DNA of 64,000 nucleotides from contig OX597814.1 in assembly GCA_951406725.2 (NCBI GenBank), positions 212,784,001 to 212,848,000 of the forward strand, written 5' to 3'. Source of the stretch: Octopus vulgaris (lineage: Eukaryota). This document shows, one piece after another, positions 42,101-55,979 of the stretch. A model generated the notes under the pieces. The model was not told the origin of the DNA. It searched no databases and saw only the letters and a program-made list of their open reading frames with translations. The stretch's first letter is position 1; every line of letters starts with the position of its first letter. Position numbers and translations under genes: made by a program.

Positions 42101-43130
42101 AGAATGAAATACGTTTACTGAGAAATATTCGAAGAAAACTCATATTTAAACAATAAATATCTTTCAAGTAGTGTTGCCGATGTAATTCAAAACATAATTC
42201 TAATAGGATTAAAAATGCTGCTGACATTGAAGGGAACATCGGCTTGTTAGACAGTGCTTCTGAGCACTAACAAGTGAGGTGCGATGAAGGCGTATTCACG
42301 AATATTACCAGAAGAATGGATGCAAAAGGAAATTAAGAAGCTCACGTTAAAATGTAAAGAAAATGTACTATTCTGTGATATACTATTATAAAACCATTAA
42401 ATTGAAATATTTCGGTTGGTTTTACATAGTTCATTCCTTCTCTGTCACCGGACAGCTGACAATTAGCTAACTTTGTTGGTGATATTAATATCATGTCAAT
42501 AAAAATGTGTCCACATGTTCTAATACCATTAAGAGATGTTAATGAGGTATGTCATCTAGGAAAAATATAGTTAGTGTGCCGAGGTGTTACTACGTTAGAT
42601 ATGTTGTTGACGATACCAATCGAAACGTCCCAACGTTTACTTACGATTATCCTTAGAAATTCCACATTATATAGTTACATCATAGCAAGCAGCGTAGGTG
42701 AGCTCTCTCGGAGTCGAATCAACAATAACGTATCATACATCAGTTTAAGATACTTAACTCACCGTAAGTTTATTAGTATCCCTGCATCTAACTACTCAAT
42801 ACACAGACGATTATTTTAATAATTGTTTCTGATATAGACATAAGGCCTCAAATCTGAGAAAGACCCCTTCTTGATTGGTAGATTATTTATCGACCAGGAG
42901 ATGTGTAGTGTAAATCCCTGTGGAGAATTGAACCCAGAAAGTAATAAGCCGATAGAAAACCGCTTAAGTATTTTTACCCGATGTGTTAACGATTCTGCCA
43001 GTTCGAATGAATTATTCTTAACGTGTGACAGAGAAATTCTTGAATGTAAAATTGCTTCCATTATGAAATGCTAACTGCATCTCTCGTTTGAGTCATATAT
43101 CAAATCCAACGCAGTAAAGAATTCTATTAC
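39150..43130 (-). pseudogene. decayed Toll-like receptor (LRRs-LRRCT-TM-TIR)
   Basis: LRR-like ORF 42816-43061 (VKNNSFE..SLTH; SINNLPIKKGSFSDL..YIRNN); NIREYAFIAPHLLVL; SLVLSRYVKSIPSEALSLLT (40468-40527); LSEN/PLD; LMTIFLLFLFLPCTL*RCYWF; DVKIYAYERESKLG (39397-39438) then IMNNITQNV..NKTLI. Confidence 0.65.
39582..39812 (+). mobile_element. SINE family C
   Basis: GCGAGCTGGCAGAA...GAGTTCAAATTCC...GCCTTTCATCCTTTCGGGGTCGATAAA; near-identical to 63430-63666. Confidence 0.9.
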
Positions 43131-44056
43131 ACATAACACATTGTGTCAGTCGCATTCCCCCTCCATCCCACCCACCCCAAAATTGAGAATTACAAAGCTC
43201 TTTCAGTTGAACGATGCTATTATCCGAATTAATGAAGCATAAAAGATTTTTAAATTTGATTAAGTAAAATTATTATCTTTTTATTATACTCGAATAACAT
43301 ATTTTTATCATGGACGCTACGGATATTTGGAAGCCACATGTCTTACAAATCTTGTCCATAATCGAATAATAACACAAGTTAAATGCTATAGCTATCTGTT
43401 TATTTTCTGTCTTTTCTTTTTCTTTTTTTTTTTTTGCAGAGTTTGATGTGTGTGTTGGCACAAAAGAATGGATTATGAATTATTCTTTGGATAATATTTT
43501 GAATTAAATCATGAATAATTACTGATTTTATTTAAAACCAGATTGGATGCAGCTAGACTGTAATGAAATAATTAAATAACTGCAGTTAAATTTTTTAAAC
43601 ATCGCATCGTTGACCAAACAGAGAAAGGTTACAGATTATTGTATATTTAAATCTGAAAGCTGGTGCACTAGTGGGAAAGGAATATGTCAATGTTGTATTT
43701 ACATATTTGCGAATAATAATATCCAAAATGGAACAAATAAGATAAACGATGATAATATTGCTACAAAATAAAAAACATTGATTTCTAGAAATAATCGAAA
43801 GAACTACACACATTTTGCTGCTAGTTGAATGCATAATCGTATAAAAATATTCAACAAATCAAAGCATATGTACAATGTACCTGTCAATATCAACTTCCGT
43901 CAACCAAATGAAAGTATATACGTCGAACTATGAAATGAGATACATATAAATATGCAATCAGAGTTTGCGTGTGTAATACTCGCCATATTTATATGTACAA
44001 AGTATACAAAGATATATGTACTCTATGAATCTGTATGTATATTCTTTAACTACATG

Positions 44057-44131
<75 letters not shown>

Positions 44132-44547
44132 GTACGGGAAGTGCATTTATGCAAATTAAAGCAGTTACAGACACACATTATAGATAATTTAAATAATCAA
44201 TACAAGTTTAGATATATTCCAATATAAAGTAACATATCTGGGGAATATTTTCGCCTGAGAATATATATCACTTCTTCGAGATAATGTCGATCACAGAGTA
44301 TTAAAGTAGAAGTGTATTATACAGAGGTTTTATTTAAATATCAACCGGTGAATTCTAGAAATATACTTACAGTATATACGTGTGTATAGGCGTATATATA
44401 TATATATATATATATATACATACATGCGTGTGCATGTGCGTTTGTGTTTGTGCACACATTTATACATATGTATCTCTCTTTCTCTCTCTCTCTCTATATA
44501 TATATATATGTAAATGTATTTGCATATACTTACATATGTATGTATGG

Positions 44548-44619
<72 letters not shown>

Positions 44620-45324
44620 GCATGCATTCACACACATATGTATAAATATAAATAAATATTTGTGTATATATTTATTTATATACGCATGTATGTATAAATA
44701 TGTATATATCTGTGTGTGTATATATATATGTATATTTATGTACATATATATATGCATACATATGCATACTTATATATGTCTGTGTGTGTATGTATATGTA
44801 TGCTTATATTTATATTTATGTTTGTAAATTTTCTGTTTCCTTTTTTTAATTTTTGTGCTTCCTGCTTTCTGTTTTACATTTCTACTCGTGTTTATTCTCC
44901 GTCGAGTTGTTCTTGTTCAACATATTGTACAGATATACTCCTACACTCGCACAGTCACCCGCCTCCTCTTCCTTTCCTAACACTCCCCGTACAACATCGT
45001 TCCTTCCTGACCCTGGACTCTCTCGCATGTTATTGTTTTTCTCCTTTAGCCACTTTTCCCCCTTTCATACACCTTCTTTCCTTCTTTTCTATATTTTCCT
45101 CATAAACGAGCAGCATTTGAGACATCAAGAAATTTCCCCCTTCGTTTTAAGCATTCAGCAAAAGCAAAATTTGTTAAAGCTTATTCTTCCTGTGTTGTAA
45201 TGTTTCATCTAATGTCATTAATTTCTTGTTATATATTTGTGTATGTTTGTGACCACGTGCCATTGTGTGTATACAAACGCACGTACTCACAAATACGCAG
45301 ACACACATATATTTTTATTTTTTA

Positions 45325-45527
45325 TTTTTACTTTTTTTATCTAGTTTCAGCTCACGAGCTGTGGCCATGCTGGGGCACCGCCATTTGGTGTTGCTACATG
45401 GTTTTACTTCATGAATGCTTTTTAGCAATTGCTATTTGGTGCATGAGAGAGTTCGATGCAGCTGCCCTCATCTGCACCTCCTGTCGTGACGTTGGTTCAT
45501 CTGGGACACCTGACAGGAAGAGATCCA
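45325..45527 (-). mobile_element. CR1-like LINE 3' end
   Basis: DLFLSGVPDEP..RAAASNSL C-terminus followed by the tail GGCGGTGCCCCAGCATGGCC...GAAACTAGATAAAA. Confidence 0.7.
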
Positions 45528-45683
45528 TATATATATATACTAAAAATAAGGGTGTCTGAGAGACACCACCATGCCGAATTAGCTGTCAAATCCCTGACTC
45601 TAAATACCACCTTAAATGTTCATATCGCACCATGAGATAAGACAGAGGGACAAAATAGACTAGCAAAGAGATATTACCGAATA

Positions 45684-45742
45684 ATTCAAGATCCTGGATT
45701 TCTAGCTTTGCTTTAAATAAGCTTTGCCGTCATCAGTTGAAT
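45684..45742 (-). ncRNA. type I hammerhead ribozyme in repeat 45541-45750
   Basis: ATTCAA-CTGATGA-CGGC...GCTA-GAAA-TCCAGG-ATC-TTGAAT. Confidence 0.7.
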
Positions 45743-46044
45743 ATATCAGAGTACATAAATACAAATATATATATGCAGAACAAACGTTATACTTACATAT
45801 ACGAACGTCCATACATACATATATATTCACGTATGTACAAGGCCAGTTTAAATTGCTCGCCAAACACCTCATATGCACGATATGGTCAAAATAAACACCG
45901 CAGTGAATATAGTGATGAATTATATAAATTTATAGATAACGATAATATCGATATTTAAATATTGATATTATCAAATGGCCAGCATGGGAAAAAATGCCAT
46001 ACAAAGGTAATGATTTTTTACAACTATATATATATATATATACC

Positions 46045-46151
<107 letters not shown>

Positions 46152-46224
46152 ATACATGAAAGCAGGAACGAAAAGACAAACGGTTTGGCAGGGCTTAACA
46201 AGGACATGTAATTTAGCTATATAA

Positions 46225-47515
46225 TAAAAAGTTATACATTGCCCCTAGTACTTGTTTCTAGAATTCCAGCTATTGGAACATCGTGTCGTGCATCCACTGT
46301 TACGTTTGTTTAACCTAAACCTTTCCTTCATCGGAGCGGATGAGGTTAAATAGATGTATCATTGGATGGATATTACTCATCAATGATATTGTGGTTTAAT
46401 TTTTTCGAGAAAAAGAAGAGAAATCCAATTAAAAATTCATTTGTAATAGGGATTCGTTCGGTGAATCCACGAACAAATGAAGAAAATCGGTAATGTCCAT
46501 GAGTAGAATCGAAGCACGGAGAATGGTTCGATTATAATCGATGGCCAAGGATAGCAACTCGAAACCCAATTTATTAATGGTTTCAACGTTGTGAGCGACC
46601 GTATTTGAATTTGCATTGTAGTGCAACAATAACTTGACAATAGAGCGCCGCGTTTGGTGTAACTTGCTGACATAAGTTTGTTGGCCAACATTTTACTGCA
46701 TCTTACACTGATGTCTGTAGACTTTCTTTCCAAATAATGGTCCAGTTTGCATCCTCAAAGACGTTTTCTGTGAAAGGTTGAATCTCAAACTTCTTTTCCG
46801 TTAGCGATTCCGGATGTTTCCACGCCACACTCTACATTTTGGATTCTGGCTCAAAGCGATGGGCCCAGGCCTCCTCTCCTGTAAATATTCTCTCAAAAAA
46901 TGCTTGCCATCATATTTGTAGTGGTCGAGCAAGCGTCTATAAATCGCCACACAATTGCTCTTAAGCGCTTTTGGAAGCTCTCTTCACTTCCATCTTATAC
47001 AGACTTTAAAGAAATGAAGCTTATCGTGGATAATTTCGTATGCAGACTAGGACTAATTTCCAGAGAACATGCCACCTTACCAATGGCAATTTGTCGGTTC
47101 GCCAGAAACATCTTTTGAACTTGTTGAATCTTTACATTTGTGGTGGAAGTTGCTGGACGTCCTGCTCCCTATTCGAGCTTCACAACTGTCCGGCCAGTTT
47201 TAAAGTTGTCGATCCATTCACACACTTCTACGCAGCAGAGAGCTGTCCCCGTAGTGTACTGAGAGCCTGCTATAAATTCAAGCCCCAAACACACATTCAG
47301 ACCAGAGAAATGGGGTCACCCATCTCTGATCTTCCTTTAAGCAGGCTTAAATCGGAACAGGGATGGTCACCCTGTAAGACACACACACTAAAAACGGAGT
47401 GATCAAGGATCTACTTCAGTTACGTAACCACAAGTTTACCACCTTTAAGTTAATGCAGCCGACCTAAAGAACCTTTTGGAGAAACTGCAGATAATTGTTT
47501 ACTTCCCCTTGTATA
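46225..47515 (-). mobile_element. mariner transposon relic
   Basis: LHYNA..T..LGFELL (cf. LHDNA...LGWE.L.HP), ~1.3 kb length, terminus CCCCTTGTATA. Confidence 0.7.
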
Positions 47516-47773
47516 TAGGTACGTACGTATGTATGTATGTATGTATGTATGTATGTATGTATGTATGTATGTATGTATGTATGTTTGTATGTATGTATGC
47601 ATGTATGTATGCATGTATCTATGTATTTTATGTATGTATGTATGTATGTATGCATGTATGTATGTATGTATGTATGTTTGTATGTATATATGTATGTTTG
47701 TATGTATGTATGTATGTATGTATGCATGTATGTATGTATGCATGTATGTATGTATGTATGTATGTATGCATGT

Positions 47774-48095
47774 GAGGGCGCGTGGCTTAGTGGTTAGGGC
47801 ATTCGGCTCATGATCGTAAGGTTGTGAGTTCGATTCCCGGCGACGCGTTGTGTCCTTGAGCAAGACACTTTATTTCACGTTGCTCCAGTCCACTCAGCTG
47901 GCAAAAATGAGTTGTACTTGTATTTCAAAGGGTCAGCCTTGTCACTATCTGTGTCACGCTGATTATCCCCGAGAACTACGTTAAGGGTACACGTGTCTGT
48001 GGAATGCTCAGCCATTTGCACGTTAATTTCACGAGCAAGCTGTTCCGTTGATCGTATCAGCTGGGACCCTCGTCGTCGTAACCGGCGGAGTCTTT
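47774..48095 (+). mobile_element. SINE family B (CORE-like) inserted in (TATG)n
   Basis: tRNA head TGGCTTAGTGG...GAGTTCGATTCC, then GTGTCCTTGAGCAAGACACT. Confidence 0.85.
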
Positions 48096-49497
48096 AAAAT
48101 TTAAATGTATGCATGCATGTATGTATGCATGCATGTACGTACGTATGTATGTATGTATGTATGTATGCATATATGTATGTATGTATGTATGCATGTATGT
48201 ATGCATATATGCATGCATACATACATGCATGTATGTATGCATGCATACATGTATGTATGCATGCATGTACGTACGTACGTATGTATGTATGTATGTATGC
48301 ATGTATGTATGTATGTATGCATGTATGTATGTATGTATGTATGTATGTATGTATGTATGTATGTATGTATGCATGTATGTATGTATGCATGTATGTATGT
48401 ATGCATGTATGTTTGTATATATGTATATACGTAAGTATGTATGTATGTTTGTATGTATGTATGTTTGTATGTATGCATGTATGTATGTATGTATTATGTA
48501 TGTAGGTATGTATGTATGAATGCATGCATATATGTATGTGTTTGCGTGTGTATACGTACACTATTTATAAAAGTATTTACATGTGTAAATTTAATCTCTT
48601 AAACTCATTGTGTAGACCAAGTCAAGAACATTCGCATCACGTATTTAAGTGCAATGGAGAAGCTTCACATGGTCATTATCAAGTTACTGGGAGAGAGGAA
48701 GAGAGCAACAAGGCAAAAGTCGAAATTAAAACTTTACAAGTATGAATATGTTAGTAGCAAGCCTTACTTTTGCTTATTTGATGAACACTAGATCTATAAG
48801 CGAAACGTGTAACTTAACAAAAGGACTGAGGCAACAGGTTTGTGGAGTAGTGTACAAACGTACTTTAAATATGCATTCTTTCAGAATTGCTGTCCAACTA
48901 CGTCATGCTTTTTAGTTGTAAGTGCAACTAAAGAACTTATTGGGGATCAACTCGGCTAGCTTTGCGCTTTTCACGATCAGATCAACATCCGTGTTTACTT
49001 TAAGCCATCTATGCATAGAGAGGTGGAAACCACAAGCAAACTGACAGATTCATTGAAAGCTATTAATGAATAAGTTTAATGATCCATGGATTTTCTGAAA
49101 GGACACAGTCGATTAAATCAGACCGGTTACTCTTCTGCTCGTTTGATTGACCTGAGAAACGCAAAACCGGATTCGTCCACAATAAACCTTCACCCGAGGA
49201 AATAATAAACGCAGCAAACGTTTTAAGGTTATTTCTTTGATATACTATAAAATTAATACTAATATTAACATTGGTAAGTTTTTATACTGACACACTGCGA
49301 GGCGATTTGCAATTCAGTGAACAGTTTAATATAGTCATTACAAATCAAACTAGGCAGGAATTTGTAGATTACATTGCGTAAATGTAACTGAACTCCCAAA
49401 ACTGATATTCTAGTGTTACTGCAGTGTTTGCAGGAAATTTCAGCGCATATTATGATTTCAGAGACCATCCTAGAGATTTATAACAATTATGTATATT

Positions 49498-49614
<117 letters not shown>

Positions 49615-50397
49615 ATATTTATTTTTATGTTTGCACATTTTCGTTTCTTTCTTTTTTTTTTACATTTTTACGCTTCCTGCTTTCTGCTTTACATTTCTAC
49701 ACGTGTCCACCCTCCGTCGAGATGTTCTTGTTCAACGCATTGTATAGAGACACTCCTACACTCGCACAGAACCGAAAGTCAATAACAGTGACAAAGATAG
49801 AAAGGAGCAGCTTCCAAAAAGTTGATAAATTGGAGCGGAAGGTCTTCGCACACTGATTATTGCAGGGTTGGAAGGTGGATATAAGAAAGGGGATGAGAGA
49901 AGATGGGTCTGTTGGGAATATTCGTGCGAAAGTGACATGAGCCCAGTCACGTATAAAAAGCAGAAAAAGGTCATAGTAATATTAGGAAATCGAGATAAAT
50001 GTGCCATACCAGTACGGTTAGGCTACGGCTGTGAGTAACATTTCTGTACACAAAAGAAAATAATCACGCGTATTGTAGAAAGACTGTACCAGTTGTGATG
50101 GCAATATTCCAATATTCCATTAGGATGCGTTCCTAGCCATAAGAAAGATTTTTTGGCCATGAAAGACACTCGGTAAAGATGTTATCTCACACTGAAAATT
50201 ACTGTGAGTTTTCAAAATATGGGGTATGTGAGGATATATTTCCTCAATATGAAAAGGACCTTTTGTGTTTCTTGTTGAGAAAGACAATATTAGTTTATGT
50301 CCATTGGTTAGTTTACGCGGTCTCTGTTTGTAGAGTATTTGATGACCAGCCTGCGATATCTATGCTACGACTAAATGATGATAATTTGAGTATGTTA

Positions 50398-50784
50398 TTT
50401 TCTTCGTTTACTTGTTTCGTGTATTTGACTGCGGCTATGGTGGAGGACAGCTTTTAGTCGAAGAAATCGACCACAGGACTTATTTTTGTAACACCTAGTA
50501 CTTATACTATCGGTCGTTTTTGCCGAACCGCAAATTACACCGACATAAGCACGTCAGCATCGGTTGCCCAGCGATGGTGAGGAGACAATCACAAACACAC
50601 AAATACATGCACACATACATATACGACGGGCTTCTTTCAGTTTCCGTCTACCAAATCCACTGAGAAGGCTTCGGTCGGCTCGAGACTATATTAGAAGACA
50701 CTTGCACAAGTTGCCACGCAGTGGGACCGAAAAGAGAACTGTGTGGTTGAGAAGGAAGTCTGTTACCACAGTCACTCCTGCGCC
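50398..50784 (-). mobile_element. SINE family A, diverged
   Basis: Matches family A head and tail. Confidence 0.8.
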
Positions 50785-51939
50785 TGAATAGGGGTTTTTG
50801 TTTGTCGTGTTGAAAAAGACAATATTAGTTTACGTCCATTGGACAGTTTACGATGTATGTTTGTAGAGTATTTGTTGGACGACTCTGTGATATTATGTTA
50901 CGACTAAAGATGATACTTTGAATGTGCTAGGGAGAAATTAATGTAATTTAATCTCCATAAATATGTATGTTGTTAAGTAATGAGCAAGGTGTGTGTTATA
51001 ACCGAAATCTTGGGCACATCGTATCTAACAGTGTGAGAAAAAATATTTCTGTCAACACAAGTTGCGATAGTTCAGCAAACTAAGAGATGAGAGATGGAAG
51101 AAGGAACTCAGAGACAAGATATTTCTATTGGAGATTTTTATGCCAGGCAGTCTTGCTGATATCATGGGTAACATCATCGATTTTACCGAATATCTCCAAA
51201 GCGAGAGCCCACTTGCGGATGACATAATCAAACGTCACCAATGGATGTTGCTTCTCAGAAATTGTTTTGGTGGTTGTCAAGTGGAAACAGAAACACACAA
51301 ATGGAGAGAGACAGACAGACAGACATTCATACAGAGACAGAGATAGACAGACAGACAGTGATAGAGAGAGACAAAGAGGCGGTGAGAAAGACTGTGTTTT
51401 TTTAAGATGTTGGAGGATAGCCATGTTAATGGCTGTCTTCATTACTTTAGTAATATTAAAATATCAGCATGATAGGCTGATAAGCAAGTTCAGAGGTCCA
51501 TCAGGTATTAATTAATTATAGTTATATCATTAACGTTAACAGAAATAATAGAAACATACAAGAAAGACAAAAGTATTTGCAGAGATGGAGAATCGAAATA
51601 GAAAATGAAATAGATAACGCGTAACAAATAGCAGCAGTATAAAAGGATATCTTTATGATATCTAAATTTTCTTAAATTTTATTTCATTACAAGAATAAAG
51701 TATTATCCTGAAAGTGTGGCTGGTTCAACACATGTCGAATTGCTAAAACAGACCGATAGAATAAATACCAGGATTTAACAAAATGAATAAAATTTCTTCA
51801 AAGCGTGGCCGCAGTCTAATATGAAAGATGAAAGAAGAAATAGAATATACAAACACATACACACACACACAAGTATACATATATACATGCATGCATACAT
51901 ACATACATACATACATACATACATACATACATACATACA

Positions 51940-51969
<30 letters not shown>

Positions 51970-51970
<1 letters not shown>

Positions 51971-52735
51971 GCGGTGAATTAACTGTCACAAAAATGAAAA
52001 TAATACTGACATCTCATTTTAATATAAATATTTACCAAAATTACATAAAAATAACTTGAATTACTAATGAGTAAATTTATTCAATAAATTGTTTCCAACC
52101 ACGACCTCCAGACGACTTCAGAATCTCCTGCAACTCTTCTGGACGGTCTCCTTGTTTTAAGGTGGTGAATCCTCCCAAATGCGCCCCACACACAATAATC
52201 AAGGGCGTTACAGTCTGGGGAGTTAGATGGCAAGATGTTAGGGGTGATGTGGTCGCAGAAATTAACAGCCATGACTAGGTTCTCCTGTTTGTGCAGCATG
52301 GTGCAGAGACCTGTTGCCAGACATAGGGTCTCCCAACAACCACCTTCTTGATCCAGAACAGCACTACCCCCTCCATGTGGGAAGATGAACAGAGACACAA
52401 CGTTGCCATCACTAGTGATCATTATAAGGACCATGACATTGACTGAATGTTTAATTTTTATCACTCTCGATAGATGTCCTCAGATTGAACAGTTCTCAGA
52501 CTGACACCCAAACAATCTGAAATGTTCACATTGGAGATTCCGGTGCAAATTCCAAGCAGTACAGCATGTCGTTTCTAAATTTCTGGTTGAGTGAATTGCG
52601 TTTTGATGCTGTTTCTCTCATAGACGGTGCCCAACTACCCTTACTACACTGTAGAGTCGACATTATCAAAATCAATGTGCATGCGTGAAATTTAAAAAAT
52701 ATATATAATGGCAACAATTTAACCATCGCACCTTG
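51970..52735 (-). mobile_element. Tc1/maT-like transposon relic
   Basis: VMV...ITSDG..FIFPHG and PSNSPDCNALDYCVWG. Confidence 0.8.
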
Positions 52736-52778
52736 TGTGTGTGTGTGTGTTTGTTTGTGCTTATACACGCACAATATC

Positions 52779-53625
52779 TCGCAATATCACGGATGCAGTT
52801 GTACATCGTTAACGAGCTAAAGGAGATGTCCTCCTGGCGTTAAGAAATCGCAGTAAAGTCGTTTGAAATGGGCAGCCATGTTGAAGTAGCTATGAACAAT
52901 AGTTGTTAGTACAACTACTGCGTTGATCTCTGTGAGCGATTTTAGAACTAACATTTTTGCTTGTTGTAATATCAACGACTGTATGTGGCTCGAAATTATA
53001 TATACATTGCGAGCTATTGCCATCACTAGCAGACGAGGGGTCCAGTACTGAAGAGAGGCAAAAATAGCCCGAAACTAGGCTGGTTCCGTCGCTAAAAGTG
53101 GTAGAGATACGATCCCCTGCTCGCAATATCTCAGGTGCAGCTGTGCATCGCTAGCCAGCTAGAGGAGATGTCCTCTTGGGGTTAAAAAATCGCAGTAAAT
53201 CGGACGGCTACGTTGAAGCGGGTACGAACATTAGTTGTTAGTACAACTACTGCGTTGATCTCTGTGAGCGATTTTAGAACTAACATTTTTGCTTGTTGTA
53301 ATATCAACGACTGTATGTGGCTCGAAATTATATATACATTGCGAGCTACTGCCATCACTAGCAGACGAGGGGTCCAGTACTGAACAGAGGCAAAAATAGC
53401 CCGAAACTAGGCTGGTTCCGTCGCTAGAAAGTGGTAGAGATACGATCCCCTGCTCTTAATATATCAGGTGCAGCTGTGCATCGTTAACCAGCTAGAGAAG
53501 ATGTCCTCTTGGGGTTAAAACATCGCAGTAAATCGGACGGCTACGTTGAAGCGGGTACGAACATTAGTTGTTAGTACAACTACTGCGTTGATTCCTTTAG
53601 AGAGATTTTAGAACGTGCATTTTTG

Positions 53626-53628
<3 letters not shown>
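52779..53628 (+). repeat. tandem ~333-bp repeat, 2.5 units, with hammerhead-like motif (53042-53083, 53374-53415)
   Basis: Units start at ~52779, 53121 and 53454; CTGAAGA-GAGGC-AAAAATA-GCCC-GAAACTAGGC. Confidence 0.85.
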
Positions 53629-53717
<89 letters not shown>

Positions 53718-53779
53718 CATGCTTGTGTGTGTGTGTATGTGTCTGTATCTGTCTATGCATCGGAAAATTAATATTGATA

Positions 53780-54700
53780 AGGACCATGGTATGGATAGAT
53801 TAGGTGCAGAGATATACGAATATGGTGATGAACATCACTGTACAATGTTGATAGATGCAATTCAGAGTGTTTGGCACAGAGAAGTGGTGTGATGCGATTA
53901 TGGAGATACTCTATAAGTTGAAAGGTGGAAAGGATGTCTGCTATAATTTTGATGACATCTCTCTGTTAGCTGAGGCTGGAAAGGTCCTTTGTATGGTAAT
54001 GCTAAAGAGGTTCTACAAGAATGACAATGTGGATTTATAAGTGCTTGGTGTGGTGTACTATGGATATGATACTCTCAGGTAGACAGTTCCAAGAGAATCT
54101 CATCGAACAGGATATGGACTTATATCAAGTTTTTATTGGTCAAAGAAATTACTTGATTCTGTAAATAGAGTTGCACTTGAGAGATCCTGAAAAATTGTTG
54201 CCCTGAAAAAATTGTGAGAATGCTTATACAATTTCCTGACGAAATGGAGGTAAGAACTAATGTTGCAGGTACCTTGTTAGATCCAATTTCTGTAGAAACT
54301 GGTGTAAAACAGGGTGATATTTCTCTACCTGCCTTGTTTGCTCTGTATTTTACCATAGTCTTTCAAATAGCTTTCGAAGATTGTGCTGAAGAGGTCTATA
54401 TATGATTAAGGGCAGCGTAGGGATTTAAGGAATTTTTAACGATATCATCAATATTGTCTTAGGAAAATTCTTGGGATAATTTAGAAAATGGTGATCAGTG
54501 ATGCGGAGGTACTTGAGAGAAGTGTTAGTAAGAGTGAGGAATCGAGGATTCTGCAAAGTCGTTTTAGGTGGGGTAGACATTTGGTGAGCATGAAGAAATA
54601 AGAACCCACAGTAGAGAAGAATCCATAGTCACTCATAATAAAAAAAGAGTACTGTTGGAATGTCTCAGTGAAAACCTCAATAAAATGTAAGCACAACAGA
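53780..54700 (+). mobile_element. RTE-clade LINE remnant
   Basis: ISLL..AGKVL, ETGVKQGD..LPALFALY, RFRWGRHLV. Confidence 0.8.
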
Positions 54701-54729
54701 CATTATATAATGATTTGGGGTAAAGAAGT

Positions 54730-55098
54730 GAAACTGTGTACAGTTCTGGAAATTAACTGTGGAAACTAACATCAGGCTGAAGAGACTACCTACGCTAAAC
54801 TATAGAGAAATCTGCAGTTACTCTGTCCAGATTACAAGTTCAGGTTTATACCTGTAATTAGTGATATGTAACACACTGCCTAAATACAAATCTTGATAAA
54901 TTAGGTTTCTCAAAACCAGAAAGAAGAAAACTAATTCGAAGACTATAGAACCAATCCATCATTGGATCTGTAAAATCTGGAAAACTTTCCGGAAGTTTAT
55001 CATTTAAATATATATGAGAATGTCCAGATATGCAACTATATGCATGAGAATACATGCATAAAACAAAATATATAAATATCACAGATACATACATGCGT

Positions 55099-55177
<79 letters not shown>

Positions 55178-55295
55178 CATACATACATAAAAAATTGTTG
55201 ATGTTGAAATTCCAATGAAGGAGCCTTGGTTCTAGGTTAGAAACCGAATCTTTCTCTATTGGCAAGAAATCTTGAAATAAAACTAAATAATGACA
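54730..55295 (+). mobile_element. 3' end of an RLE-type LINE ending in (TACA)n
   Basis: RNLQLLCPDYKFRFIPVI..LDKLGFS..LIRRL; hairpin-rich 3' UTR at 55190-55295. Confidence 0.5.
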
Positions 55296-55479
55296 TACAT
55301 ACATACATACATACATATGCAGTAACTGCTTTTACGTATTCGAGCAAAGCAGTTGCTAGAAAGAATTTATCGGAATGGGTGATTGGTGATGCAATGTGAG
55401 ACCCTTGTATGACTTGAGCCTGGCCAAAGATTTATACATTCTAATGCATAATGCACAGCTGTGGTGCTGGCTGGCAGAA

Positions 55480-55960
55480 GAAACACGTACCACAGTGTAA
55501 AGTCTTTTTGACATGCCTTTTCAATCCTCCAATTGAAAGACACGTCTTTACCCAGGTAGCACATGTTCTGTTATGAACAATAGCCGTATCACAATTTACA
55601 GGGTAAAAATTCCTGTGAGTTATCTGGTGGCTGACCAGGCTTGCATGGCTCAAGCATTTCCTCCGATAAATCACACGCATAAAAAGCAACATGCCTTCAT
55701 TTTGTACCGCTTCATTCTTTCTCAGCCTTCTCTTGATTTTCTAGTACTTCATACTCACTCTTTCAAACTTCGAACAACCACTGTGCACCTATTCCCTCCA
55801 TTCATTACGGTCTTTTGCCTCTCTCTCTCAATAAACGACTGAAATCACTGTCTGTGGAAGAGTAATCCTGAGGCAGTCCATGAACCTCATTTTGGAGTTA
55901 TGTGCTGTCCTCCTACAACCGTCCAACTCAGCTCACCATTCAAAAGTTGTTGGCAACCTT
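55480..55960 (-). mobile_element. RTE 3' remnant
   Basis: QQLLNGELS, KMRFMD and terminal zinc-finger-like CATWVKTCLSIGGLKRH. Confidence 0.5.
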
Positions 55961-55979
55961 AAACATACAGTAATAAAGT

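Noticed and set aside
47774-47845. tRNA-like sequence
   Set aside because: SINE head continuing into a SINE body; no proper acceptor stem
51128-51346. 72-aa ORF
   Set aside because: No family recognised; another frame has IGDFYAR, perhaps an APE endonuclease relic, but too weak to call
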